Position numbers and translations under genes: made by a program. Shown one piece after another: positions 29,292-38,230 of a DNA stretch of 64,000 bases. The notes under the pieces were generated by a model. That model worked only from the letters and a program-made list of their open reading frames with translations, made no database searches and had not been told where the DNA came from. Position 1 is the stretch's first letter. Every line of letters begins with the position of its first letter. This stretch comes from Corallochytrium limacisporum Hawaii (Eukaryota > Protista > Pluriformea): assembly GCA_002811645.1 (NCBI GenBank), contig PDIP01000027.1, positions 65,216 through 129,215 of the forward strand. Direction: 5' to 3'.

Positions 29292-30641
29292 TTAGTTCCA
29301 CAAGCGCACCGCATGATCATGTCCACCACTGATGAGGATATCCAGATCGTCATCGTATGCCAGCGACCGAACACTAGCAGTGTGACCAGTTAATTTCCGT
29401 ATCAATCTGCAGCTATCCGTCTCGAAGACGACAACAGGTCCATCCGTAGTGGTGCCGTAGATGTACGCACCCGTCGGCGACAGACACACGCGTGGGTTGC
29501 TGAAGACATCACTGATGTTTGGTGGACCGTAATAACTTCGCAGCAAATGCCCACTGAGGAAGTCGTAAAGGATAAACCGGTTCTTGTCCGTGGCAATTAG
29601 GAGCAGGGGACGATCTCGTACGGCTCTCACGAAGGTTGCATCCATGGCAGTGAAGCTAACATGGTCGTCGCCAATTTCGTTCATGTTGAGCAAGCGAACA
29701 TCTGCCCGTTGTGAGGCGATCTCTGAAAGCGGGCCCTTGGTTTGTGATCGAAGAGCCTCAGGGTCTACGATGTGTAGACAATGATCCGACCGGGTGAGCA
29801 CGACGAGTTTATTGGCGTGCTTGCGCTGCGCCTCTTCGGGGCAGTGCTCCATGTGTTTCGGCGAGAAGACAACACCCTCGACTGCACTTTGGTAGTTGAC
29901 CTTCGCAATCAATGCGTACTCACTCCCATCCTCAGTTAATCCAAATATTTGTACGGCCTGATCATAGCTTGCTACTGCAAACATGCTTGCATCGTCGTTC
30001 CAAGCCACGCGCACCGCGAACTTCCGGCCGCCAATGACAGTCTGGATAGTTTTGAAAGTGTAATCGCTAGGGTTCGCGTCATCCACGCTCACTATGGTCA
30101 CTGTCCCGTCCATGCAGGCCACAAGCAGACGCTTCGTGGATTGGTGTAGTCGTAGATCGAGTACTGGTGTCTTTGTAGCGAGAACAACGCGACTGTTGTG
30201 TACGTCCAATCCGCGGGTGAGCGAAGTGGCGTCCGGATCTAGTACAGAATAGGGGGTGAACCGCACCTGCCGATCAGCACCCCCACTGAAGACACCTCTC
30301 CCAAACAAGCAGGTTACGGCAATGACATTCGCCGAGTGCACTTTTTGCATGGCACTTAAATGATCAGCGACGTGAGTGTGGTCTGCTGGTGGCAAGATTA
30401 CACCCACGGTTCCCGCAGCGAGGACACGCTCCTCTTCCCGCCTTAGGCGCTTGTCCAAAGCGGCATCATGGTCCTCAAGACCTTCTGCCTTAGCATGGGC
30501 ATCGAGTATTGACAGTAAATGGCTTCGCTTTGCCGGCCGCTCCCATGGGCCGGACTCTTCCTCAAATGCGGAGAGTGTTAAAGAAAGTCCCGCCTCGTCG
30601 AGGTACTGCGCGACCAAATTACGCACATCCTTAGGATCCAT
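29292..30641 (-). CDS. LisH + WD40-repeat protein
   Basis: 449 aa; LisH LVAQYLDEAGLSLTLSAFEEE; WD repeats ending LTGHTASVRSL...SGGHDHAVRLW. Confidence 0.85.
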   Translation of the reverse strand: MDPKDVRNLVAQYLDEAGLSLTLSAFEEESGPWERPAKRSHLLSILDAHAKAEGLEDHDAALDKRLRREEERVLAAGTVGVILPPADHTHVADHLSAMQKVHSANVIAVTCLFGRGVFSGGADRQVRFTPYSVLDPDATSLTRGLDVHNSRVVLATKTPVLDLRLHQSTKRLLVACMDGTVTIVSVDDANPSDYTFKTIQTVIGGRKFAVRVAWNDDASMFAVASYDQAVQIFGLTEDGSEYALIAKVNYQSAVEGVVFSPKHMEHCPEEAQRKHANKLVVLTRSDHCLHIVDPEALRSQTKGPLSEIASQRADVRLLNMNEIGDDHVSFTAMDATFVRAVRDRPLLLIATDKNRFILYDFLSGHLLRSYYGPPNISDVFSNPRVCLSPTGAYIYGTTTDGPVVVFETDSCRLIRKLTGHTASVRSLAYDDDLDILISGGHDHAVRLWN

Positions 30642-30740
30642 GGCAGGGACTTGCTCACGATTTTCCCTCCGCTCGTATTAGCTTTCATTAAGAATACCAA
30701 AGTCATGGTGTCAAATTGGATACAGTTTGCCACGTCTCTT

Positions 30741-30802
30741 CTAGTAGCCCCAAACAACAAGGTCTGGCCCAAGGTGGGGTTTCGGTCCCGCTCGGTACAT
30801 AC
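30741..30802 (-). other. predicted 5'UTR intron of WD40 gene
   Basis: GTATGT donor at 30802; TTGTTGTTTGGGGCTACTAG| at 30741. Confidence 0.35.
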
Positions 30803-30955
30803 GAGTACGAAACGACATCAGCCCAGCCCGATTGCTTTGGGAACAGTGAGCTGTCTCGCTGGCAGTTGGATGTACTTCACAATAGTTTGGTTCCTTACAG
30901 AAATGTAAAATCTTTGTCTTGAATATTGTCATAAAATGTATCTACTATTTGGTAA

Positions 30956-31927
30956 TCATGCTCCCTCGAAACCCGTGAAAAAGCCATCTCGGCACTCTTG
31001 GAGCGCCCGCTGCACGAAGCCAACAGCTGCAGCACCTCCCGCAAGCTGCAGTCGATGACGTTCCGCACTTCCGCTGCGGTACGGTCCAATGTGAAGCGAC
31101 TCTGCAGCTTGCAGAACGTGGGATAGATGTTCGTCTGCAAGGACGATGTGGTCGAAGTAGTCCTGTTCTGTGTATGGCAGGGCAATGCGACGTTTCGACT
31201 CTGGTTGGACCAGGTGATATTTCTTCTTGATCTCAGCCTTCTTATCCTCTCCGTCAGTGGTTGCCACCTGCTTGCCTGCAGTTGCTGCAATTTCTTCCAT
31301 TTTCAGGCGCTGCATGCGTTCGACTTCAATAGCATCTTCCCCTCGGGACAGCGCGTCCAAGACGTGCTGCTCAAGTTCCTGCTTGGCCTGCCGTTCCTGC
31401 AGCAGGCGTTGCACAGCTTCTTGCCGGTGGCGTTCGCGTTCTTCTTCTTCTTCATCTATCTCCTTCTTCATGGACTTTTCCATTTCCTGGCGGCGCAGAG
31501 CAGCCTGTGTGATAGCCGGCTTGTTCTCTTCCCGATACTTTGCCACCCGCGCCTTTGTCTCATCAACATCAACATTGTTAGTGAGATTGAAAACGATGTC
31601 TTCGATCTCTTCCAGGTAGTCATTGTACAATCTGAGATCTTTAAAGTCCTCTTCAGTTTTGTTGTACGTACGTAGGATAGCTTTTCGCACCCGCATTTCC
31701 TTTTCGACTTCCAGGTCATCAAACTGAGGGTCTGTGATCTCATTCTCACGCAAGATCTGCCCACATTCCGGACACGTTGGATTGTGTCTCCGGAAGATGC
31801 GTTCTTTACAAGACTGACAAAATCGGTGGCCACACCGAGTAAGAAGAAGCTTAAAATTTGGGTTCAGATAGCTCTTCCGACTCTTGCATACAGGACAAAC
31901 GTCCTGTTCTTCGAACTCCGCCTCCAT
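30956..31927 (-). CDS. MNAT1: CDK-activating kinase assembly factor MAT1/Tfb3
   Basis: 323 aa; RING CPVCK..SYLNP...CGHRFCQSC; VEKEMRVRK; YNDYLEEIEDIVFNL. Confidence 0.95.
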   Translation of the reverse strand: MEAEFEEQDVCPVCKSRKSYLNPNFKLLLTRCGHRFCQSCKERIFRRHNPTCPECGQILRENEITDPQFDDLEVEKEMRVRKAILRTYNKTEEDFKDLRLYNDYLEEIEDIVFNLTNNVDVDETKARVAKYREENKPAITQAALRRQEMEKSMKKEIDEEEEERERHRQEAVQRLLQERQAKQELEQHVLDALSRGEDAIEVERMQRLKMEEIAATAGKQVATTDGEDKKAEIKKKYHLVQPESKRRIALPYTEQDYFDHIVLADEHLSHVLQAAESLHIGPYRSGSAERHRLQLAGGAAAVGFVQRALQECRDGFFTGFEGA

Positions 31928-31937
31928 GATCCTCTAT

Positions 31938-32114
31938 CTACGCAAGTTAAGCTGTCGAGAACGTCCAAACTGGAAACACTTATCTAAATCTGTCTCACAT
32001 GCTTGTAACACAACATTCTCCACGAATGAGATCAGAATACCTCAAATTATATTTACCACCAGCAACCCTTACTTATCCAAATCTATATGATTCCTCGTTC
32101 CACACCTTACATAC
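31938..32114 (-). other. predicted 5'UTR intron of MAT1
   Basis: CAG|GTATGT donor at 32114; CTTAAC branch plus TTGCGTAG| at 31938, 10 nt before the ATG. Confidence 0.7.
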
Positions 32115-32432
32115 CTGCAAAGCCCAGCAGCTTCAGTACCACCCGCCCGGGTGTTTTCCACTTCTGTTTGCGTCCCCGTCTTCTGGCACTTTCGCGACCA
32201 TACGCGAACAAAGGAAGATCAACGGTGAGCTCAGCGCAGCTTGGTATACAGCAAAACCCTCCCCGCCCCAATTCCTTCAGGGCGCCCCGTTTGCTTGCTC
32301 TGGTTCCCACCCCAAAGGTTCTATGCAGGTCAAAGGAAGCGCCACGGGTTTGAAATTGCCAGAGTCCCGGGCTTGGGCGCTCATCGCTGGCCGCATTTTG
32401 AGAGCTCCTTTCTCAAGGGTTTTGACGTAAAG

Positions 32433-32565
32433 GTATCTGGACAGGCTCCCTGCCATGTACTTTGTGAGGTCATGATCGGCTCAGTTACTGCGAATGGCCA
32501 GTTCGGGCTATGTCGGCGGGGTGAGTGGTTCTTGAAATTCGCATGCGTATGGATTTCATACACAG
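32433..32565 (+). other. predicted 5'UTR intron of EXO5
   Basis: AAAG|GTATCT donor (alternative GGG|GTGAGT 32521); TTTCATACACAG| acceptor. Confidence 0.55.
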
Positions 32566-32583
32566 CAATAGCAGTGGTGCGCG

Positions 32584-33972
32584 ATGGCAGATGCCAGCAG
32601 CCCGGCAGAAAAGCGGACAAACATCAGTCAGGAGCAGGAAGATGACCTGGAAGGATTGTGGTGGGAGAACATCGGCGAAGAGGCACTCGCGGAGGTGCTG
32701 GACCTTCCGAATTCGCAGGCGAATCAAACCCGCACGACGCCCTCACTAAGGACGCTGCGCCGGAAACAAAAGAAAGATCCTGAAGTCTGGACTACCGATA
32801 TCGAGGATATCATAAAGTCTGAAGACGATGTCCGAAACCCTACCTACTCAGACCACCAGGTTATCTCAGTGACAGGCTTGTGTAAGGCTCTGTGGTGCGA
32901 GTATAAGTATGTATACGACCGTGTCCGTGGCCAGGAGGAGACACCTGCCATGAAGTCTGGAATAGAGATCCATGACGCCCTGGAGGCGGAAGTGCACGAC
33001 ATGGAAGAAGTTTACACCGAGACCAAAACGGACATCATGGCCATCAAACTGGCAAACATGGTGGTGTGCATGACAGAAGTGATCACCAATGGGCTCACTC
33101 GAGAAATGCCCTTGTATGGCATTGTCAGGACCATGGGAGGGGACTGTCTATGGTTCAGTGGCATAATAGATGAAGTGCGCTGGACTGCTGCGGCTGATCT
33201 GCCAGAGCGCATACCAAGAGCCTCCACGCCAGAGATGAAGACCGCTGATATGGACGACATGATGCACATTGAGGATGAAGAGCAATGGCATGGCAGAACG
33301 ATTGAAAATCGCAGCGATCTCACGGATTCCACGGTCACCGACAAGTCAACAGCGGCCCAGCCACCTCCTATAGTAACGGGTGTCGTCATATCTGATGCCA
33401 AGACTCGAGTTTCCAACACCGTACCAAAACCAGATTCAGCATCGATGCATTCTGTAAAGTTGCAATTGAATGTCTATGCTATCATGTGGGAGTGCATGCG
33501 CAAGAACGAACTGTCCTGGACGGAACTATTTGCGCGGCTTGGCGTAGATGACCAGCTGCCCTTCTGCAGCAGTGTGCAGAATGCACTAACTCGGCAAGGT
33601 TTGGGAGAGCACAAACGCTTAGGCGATCTTTGCGGCATGGTTGATGGGTTAGCGAGCAATTTGGCTCCAGTATCTGGGTTAGAGGCCGTGTGGTACGCGC
33701 AGAACGACCAGAAACGCATCGGCAGCCATATTTGGAAAGAAGCGGATCTGCGCAGCAGTGTGTCCTGGGCCAATGCGATCGTGCGCAAAAAGATGAAATT
33801 CTTCAATCAGAAACGTCCTATGACAGGGGTGAACATGGTCAATGTCTGGAAATGCGAGTACTGTGGCCATCGCGACTCATGCGCTTGGCGAGATAAACAA
33901 GCTCGGAAGCTTACTGAAAGAGTTGCTCAGCACCAACAGCAACCGAAGGAAAACCCACCGCAATATCAATAA
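32584..33972 (+). CDS. EXO5: exonuclease V (EXO5/DEM1), Fe-S PD-(D/E)xK nuclease
   Basis: 462 aa; ISVT...WCE, G.EIH..LE.EVH, TREMP, GIIDE, DAKTR, QLNVY, WKCEYCGHRDSC. Confidence 0.9.
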   Translation: MADASSPAEKRTNISQEQEDDLEGLWWENIGEEALAEVLDLPNSQANQTRTTPSLRTLRRKQKKDPEVWTTDIEDIIKSEDDVRNPTYSDHQVISVTGLCKALWCEYKYVYDRVRGQEETPAMKSGIEIHDALEAEVHDMEEVYTETKTDIMAIKLANMVVCMTEVITNGLTREMPLYGIVRTMGGDCLWFSGIIDEVRWTAAADLPERIPRASTPEMKTADMDDMMHIEDEEQWHGRTIENRSDLTDSTVTDKSTAAQPPPIVTGVVISDAKTRVSNTVPKPDSASMHSVKLQLNVYAIMWECMRKNELSWTELFARLGVDDQLPFCSSVQNALTRQGLGEHKRLGDLCGMVDGLASNLAPVSGLEAVWYAQNDQKRIGSHIWKEADLRSSVSWANAIVRKKMKFFNQKRPMTGVNMVNVWKCEYCGHRDSCAWRDKQARKLTERVAQHQQQPKENPPQYQ

Positions 33973-35134
33973 ATGCTTCAGATCACTGACAGAGCAAGTT
34001 CCGTGCTCAAGACTTTGCTGACAACCCCCTGCACCACGCGATCTTGGCTCTGGGCAGAGAAGCAACGTATTTCCGTCGAACGGGTCTTGCCGTGGCCAAA
34101 TAAAGCTCTCCTCGGGTTCAGCTGGCATGAGGAACTGATACCCTCTTCGACAAATGGCGGGGTGAATGCGATCGTAGTAACCCGCGCTCCTTCCGGCTCT
34201 CCCCTCCTCCCCCTCGTTCCCAACCTCCCGCGCAACCGCCCGACCGGGCGCGACGATGTCTGGCTCTGTCATTGCTCCAAAATGTCACAATCCTTCCCTC
34301 CTTTAGCAGTACATTTTTCATGGCCGCCCCGGTGGGTCTTGGCGTTTCCTTTGCGTAATTCCCCCCTCCAAACCCCCCGCCCACCCCCCGAAAGCGGGCG
34401 GCGGGATTTCGAAGGGGTTTGTGAGTCGGTGGTGGCTTTTTTCTTGTCTTTCTTGTATTTCCCGGTGCTCCGGCGTTGGAGATTCTTTTTGCCGCGACCC
34501 CTGGCTGTAAAATTTCAAAAAATTGGAGCAAGCGGAAAATTTGCGGAGACGCGGCAGGGAATTTTGCATTGCATGTCAATGAAATCTTCGGGGGAATGTC
34601 TGCGCTTGGAAAATGTGATCCTCAACTGCCTGGAACCCGACCGCTGCGGGTGCCCTTCCGAACCAAACATTGCAGACTTTGCAGTACGACTGACCCGCCT
34701 TCCTTGGCTTCGCCGGGCCGGGATCCGCGACAGTGACTGCGTAGGGTTGAGCGCCCAGCTGAGGTCAGCAGGGAGATTTGAGTGCACAGTTCGGTTCAAT
34801 GGACACGGATACGTGTTCTGCTTCCTGAGCGGCTTTTTTTGGTCCTACTAGCATGAGAGCTTATGGGAATGGTCTTTGCACATCCAGCAGAAATACGAAC
34901 GAGACGTCCAGGGAAAGGTCCAGACCGTTAAATCAAATGGTACTTTAGACCCTTGACTGGTGGCCCTGGATCTAGACATGGTGGCCGCAAGCACACATTT
35001 TTGCAATTGAGAAGAGATAGACTGAAGCACCAACGGATTTTTACGTCATGGTGCGTACAGCTATGTAACACAGAAGAGTTGATTCATAAGTGTAAACGGG
35101 AGATACAATAGAAAACCGTTTATCCAAGTAAAGG

Positions 35135-36838
35135 ATGGCAACATCATTCACAACATTGTTCCAGCAGCTGGAGCCGGGGCAGTCTGGGCCGCCTCAGCAG
35201 CTGGTTTGGAATGACATAGAGAAGTTGACTACACTACGGGAGCGTCTGAATGAGTACTTGAAGCAAGAGGGAGGTGACATTATCCTGTCCGTTGGTAAGG
35301 ACGAGCATTTGAGTGCTGAGGATGCGGACGACTTTAAGAACCGGTTGCAGACCCTCACTGAGGGCACAGATGTGAAAGTTACGGTATTACGGAAGAAGAC
35401 TGCACCAGCAGCCAACAATGGGGTAATTCTTGAAATATTAGTCCGCAGAAAGCCCCATGATCTGGACTTTGCAGAGGTGCGAGTTGCAGTGGTTGGTAAT
35501 GTGGATGCTGGTAAGTCGACTTTACTCGGTGTGTTGACCCATGGCGTACTAGATGACGGTCGTGGTAAGAGCCGAACCAAACTTTTCAGGCACAAACACG
35601 AAATCGACAGCGGAAGAACGTCGTCGGTGGGCAATGATATCCTCGGATTTGACTGTGAGGGCACCATTGTGAACGAGCCGAACCAACACTCCGGGGCCCT
35701 CGATTGGGCTGCAATCTGCAAGAAGGCCTCGAAGGTTTTGACTTTCATCGATCTGGCAGGCCACGAACGGTACCTTAAAACTACTGTGTTTGGATTGACT
35801 GGCCATCATCCAGATTATGTCATGTTGATGGTTGGAGCGAATGCAGGCCTGGTGGGCATGACTAAGGAGCACTTGGGGCTTAGCTTGGCATTGAGTGTGC
35901 CTGTTTATGTCGTTGTTACCAAGATTGATATGTGTCCTTCTAATGTATTGGACAGCACTCTAAAGCTTTTGAAGAAGGTTCTGAAGAGTCCTGGTGTGCG
36001 CAAATTACCGTTGATGATCAACACCATTGATGATGTAATCACAGCTGCCTGCAATTTCGGCAGCGAGCGCATCTGTCCCATCTTCCAGATCTCCAATGTC
36101 ACCGGAGAGAACATCGACCTGCTCAAGGTATTCTTGAACCTCTTAAAGAGCAGAGGCACTTGGGTTAGCGATGGTACAAGTGAATTTCTCATCGATGACA
36201 CTTACATGGTGCCAGGTGTGGGTACTGTTGTATCTGGCACGATGATGCGGGGTACGCTGAGACCCAATGAAACCGTCCTGTTCGGTCCCGATGCCCTTGG
36301 CAAATACGAGTCTGTGACATTGAAGAGCATCCATCGCAAGCGTCTGCCTGTGAACTACGTCGAAGCTGGTCACACAGCAAGCATTGCGCTCAAGAAGGTC
36401 AAGAAGGCTCAATTACGCAAGGGTATGGTACTGGTTGGCAAGACCTTGGAAATGCCTGCCGCTGTGCGAGAGTTCCAAGTGGAGTTGCTGATCTTGCACC
36501 ACCCGACTACCATCAGTTGCAAGTATCAGGCCATGGTGCACTGTGGATCTGTCCGCCAGACCGCCACCCTTATTAAGATGGATAAGGAACATTTGCGTAC
36601 CGGCGATCGGGCGCATGTTACGATGCGTTTCCTGAAGAAACCAGAGTATATTAAGGTCGGTGATGCGTTAGTTTTTCGTGAAGGTAGAACGAAAGCGGTT
36701 GGTAAAATCGTTGCCATTGAAGACAACCATATGAATGAGCACATGTTGAAGATGAAGGACAAGCGCGTGCTGCCAACGAGGACGCAACAAAGTGGTGGAA
36801 CATCGACGTCAAACAGTGAAACAGTGTGCGCAGGGTAA
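35135..36838 (+). CDS. GTPBP1: GTP-binding protein 1 (translational GTPase)
   Basis: 567 aa; [65 protein letters not shown]. Confidence 0.95.
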   Translation: MATSFTTLFQQLEPGQSGPPQQLVWNDIEKLTTLRERLNEYLKQEGGDIILSVGKDEHLSAEDADDFKNRLQTLTEGTDVKVTVLRKKTAPAANNGVILEILVRRKPHDLDFAEVRVAVVGNVDAGKSTLLGVLTHGVLDDGRGKSRTKLFRHKHEIDSGRTSSVGNDILGFDCEGTIVNEPNQHSGALDWAAICKKASKVLTFIDLAGHERYLKTTVFGLTGHHPDYVMLMVGANAGLVGMTKEHLGLSLALSVPVYVVVTKIDMCPSNVLDSTLKLLKKVLKSPGVRKLPLMINTIDDVITAACNFGSERICPIFQISNVTGENIDLLKVFLNLLKSRGTWVSDGTSEFLIDDTYMVPGVGTVVSGTMMRGTLRPNETVLFGPDALGKYESVTLKSIHRKRLPVNYVEAGHTASIALKKVKKAQLRKGMVLVGKTLEMPAAVREFQVELLILHHPTTISCKYQAMVHCGSVRQTATLIKMDKEHLRTGDRAHVTMRFLKKPEYIKVGDALVFREGRTKAVGKIVAIEDNHMNEHMLKMKDKRVLPTRTQQSGGTSTSNSETVCAG

Positions 36839-36910
36839 ATGCTGTCCCTACTCGTGATTGTATGTTCAAATATATAATAGGAAGCCTATGGCAGCAAGAG
36901 GCTTATGCCT

Positions 36911-37621
36911 TTACTTCTTCTGCTTCCTCTGGTTTCTTTCATTCCTGTGACGCTGCCTTCTTTTTCCTCTCACTCCGCTCTGAGGCGAAAGATGGCTTTG
37001 TGCGGGTTCAGTTTGATCTGGCTTGCGTATAGATACCTTCCAGTCCTGAGAGCTCAAGAAAGTTTGCAGCTTCTGAATGACTTGATTTTTTAAACTCTTT
37101 CGACGCTCTTGGTGGAAAGCCCAGAATTCAGCAGCCTCCTTGTATGCCAGTTCTTGTTGTCTCTCATACTGTGCCATGCAAATGGCAACTTTGGGAGCGC
37201 ATTCATCTTGGATGCGCTTGTGTTGTTCAGGAGAGATCTTGTCCTTGCTGAGCTCATATTGCACCTGAGCCTTTTGTTTTTGCTTGTCCAAAAAGTGTAT
37301 TAGACGTGAAAACTTCTCTTTTTCGGTCATGTGCACTCGCTGCACAGCGATATGTTGTGCAAGGACTTGGGGATACATTGTGTGTGTTACAAACAGGTAG
37401 CGGATGATCGCATCTTTAGCACTTTGGGTTTCATGGTCAACATGGGGAAAATTGCTGCTGATATCATGTGCATACGCATGCTCATCGTGCTTTAAAGTGT
37501 CATTAAGACTCTGCGTTAGATCAACGGTTGTTGACTCTGCCATCTTTATCCCAGGCTTTGTGAATGTCCTTCCAAATGATAACCTTTGGGTCGTCGATCG
37601 TTTGATCAAGCTGACAAGCAT
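36911..37621 (-). CDS. hypothetical coiled-coil protein with mitochondrial presequence-like N-terminus
   Basis: 236 aa; R/S/T-rich acid-free N-terminus, helical core, basic tail; has its own leader intron. Confidence 0.7.
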   Translation of the reverse strand: MLVSLIKRSTTQRLSFGRTFTKPGIKMAESTTVDLTQSLNDTLKHDEHAYAHDISSNFPHVDHETQSAKDAIIRYLFVTHTMYPQVLAQHIAVQRVHMTEKEKFSRLIHFLDKQKQKAQVQYELSKDKISPEQHKRIQDECAPKVAICMAQYERQQELAYKEAAEFWAFHQERRKSLKNQVIQKLQTFLSSQDWKVSIRKPDQTEPAQSHLSPQSGVRGKRRQRHRNERNQRKQKK

Positions 37622-37682
37622 GGTCTTGTTAAATATATCTACTTCACAGTATTTTAAGGTAGTACTGAGATTCTACAATGCT

Positions 37683-37871
37683 CTGAGATGATACACGAGA
37701 AAACACTGATTGATACGAGAATCTAAACTTATGAAGCGCGCACGATGGACATGGCTGTGGCAGTCTATTACTGGAAACTCTGCGAACCTTCCCCCCTCCC
37801 CAAGAAGTCTCACTTGAGACTTTTCTCTTCATTGTGGGTCGTACCAATACCAATCACTGAAGGCCTCTTAC
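37683..37871 (-). other. predicted 5'UTR intron
   Basis: CAG|GTAAGA donor at 37871; GTTTTCTCGTGTATCATCTCAG| at 37683. Confidence 0.65.
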
Positions 37872-38230
37872 CTGTGAGACTGGCAAAGTAAACTCAAATG
37901 ATGCCGACAGCGGGGGTCCATTTGTAAGCGATCCAAGGAGACACCAACTCATAGAGGGAGCAATCCGAACGAATTCCCCTAGTTGGACAGAATAAATCCG
38001 GGGCTGTGAGCGATGGGAGGGGTGTAACCATGCAGATTGCGTACCCCAATTTATATGAAACTCGGTGCAACCAAATTAGCTGACAACTCAGCCAGGGGAG
38101 GGATGACGGAAACAGGGGGAAAGGCTATTTGAAAGACTGCCTGATTGGAAGTCACATATGGCTACACTTCCTTGTCTGTGATATTCATCAATAAACGATG
38201 GCAATATTGAATAGAGCATCTTTTCATCAG

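Noticed and set aside
33973-34851. 292-aa ORF after EXO5
   Set aside because: Runs through the 3'UTR and GC-rich GTPBP1 promoter; composition is not protein-like
34764-35134. Specific leader-intron call for GTPBP1 (and for metaxin at 4565-4685)
   Set aside because: Several competing weak donors and acceptors; consistent with the pattern but coordinates cannot be fixed
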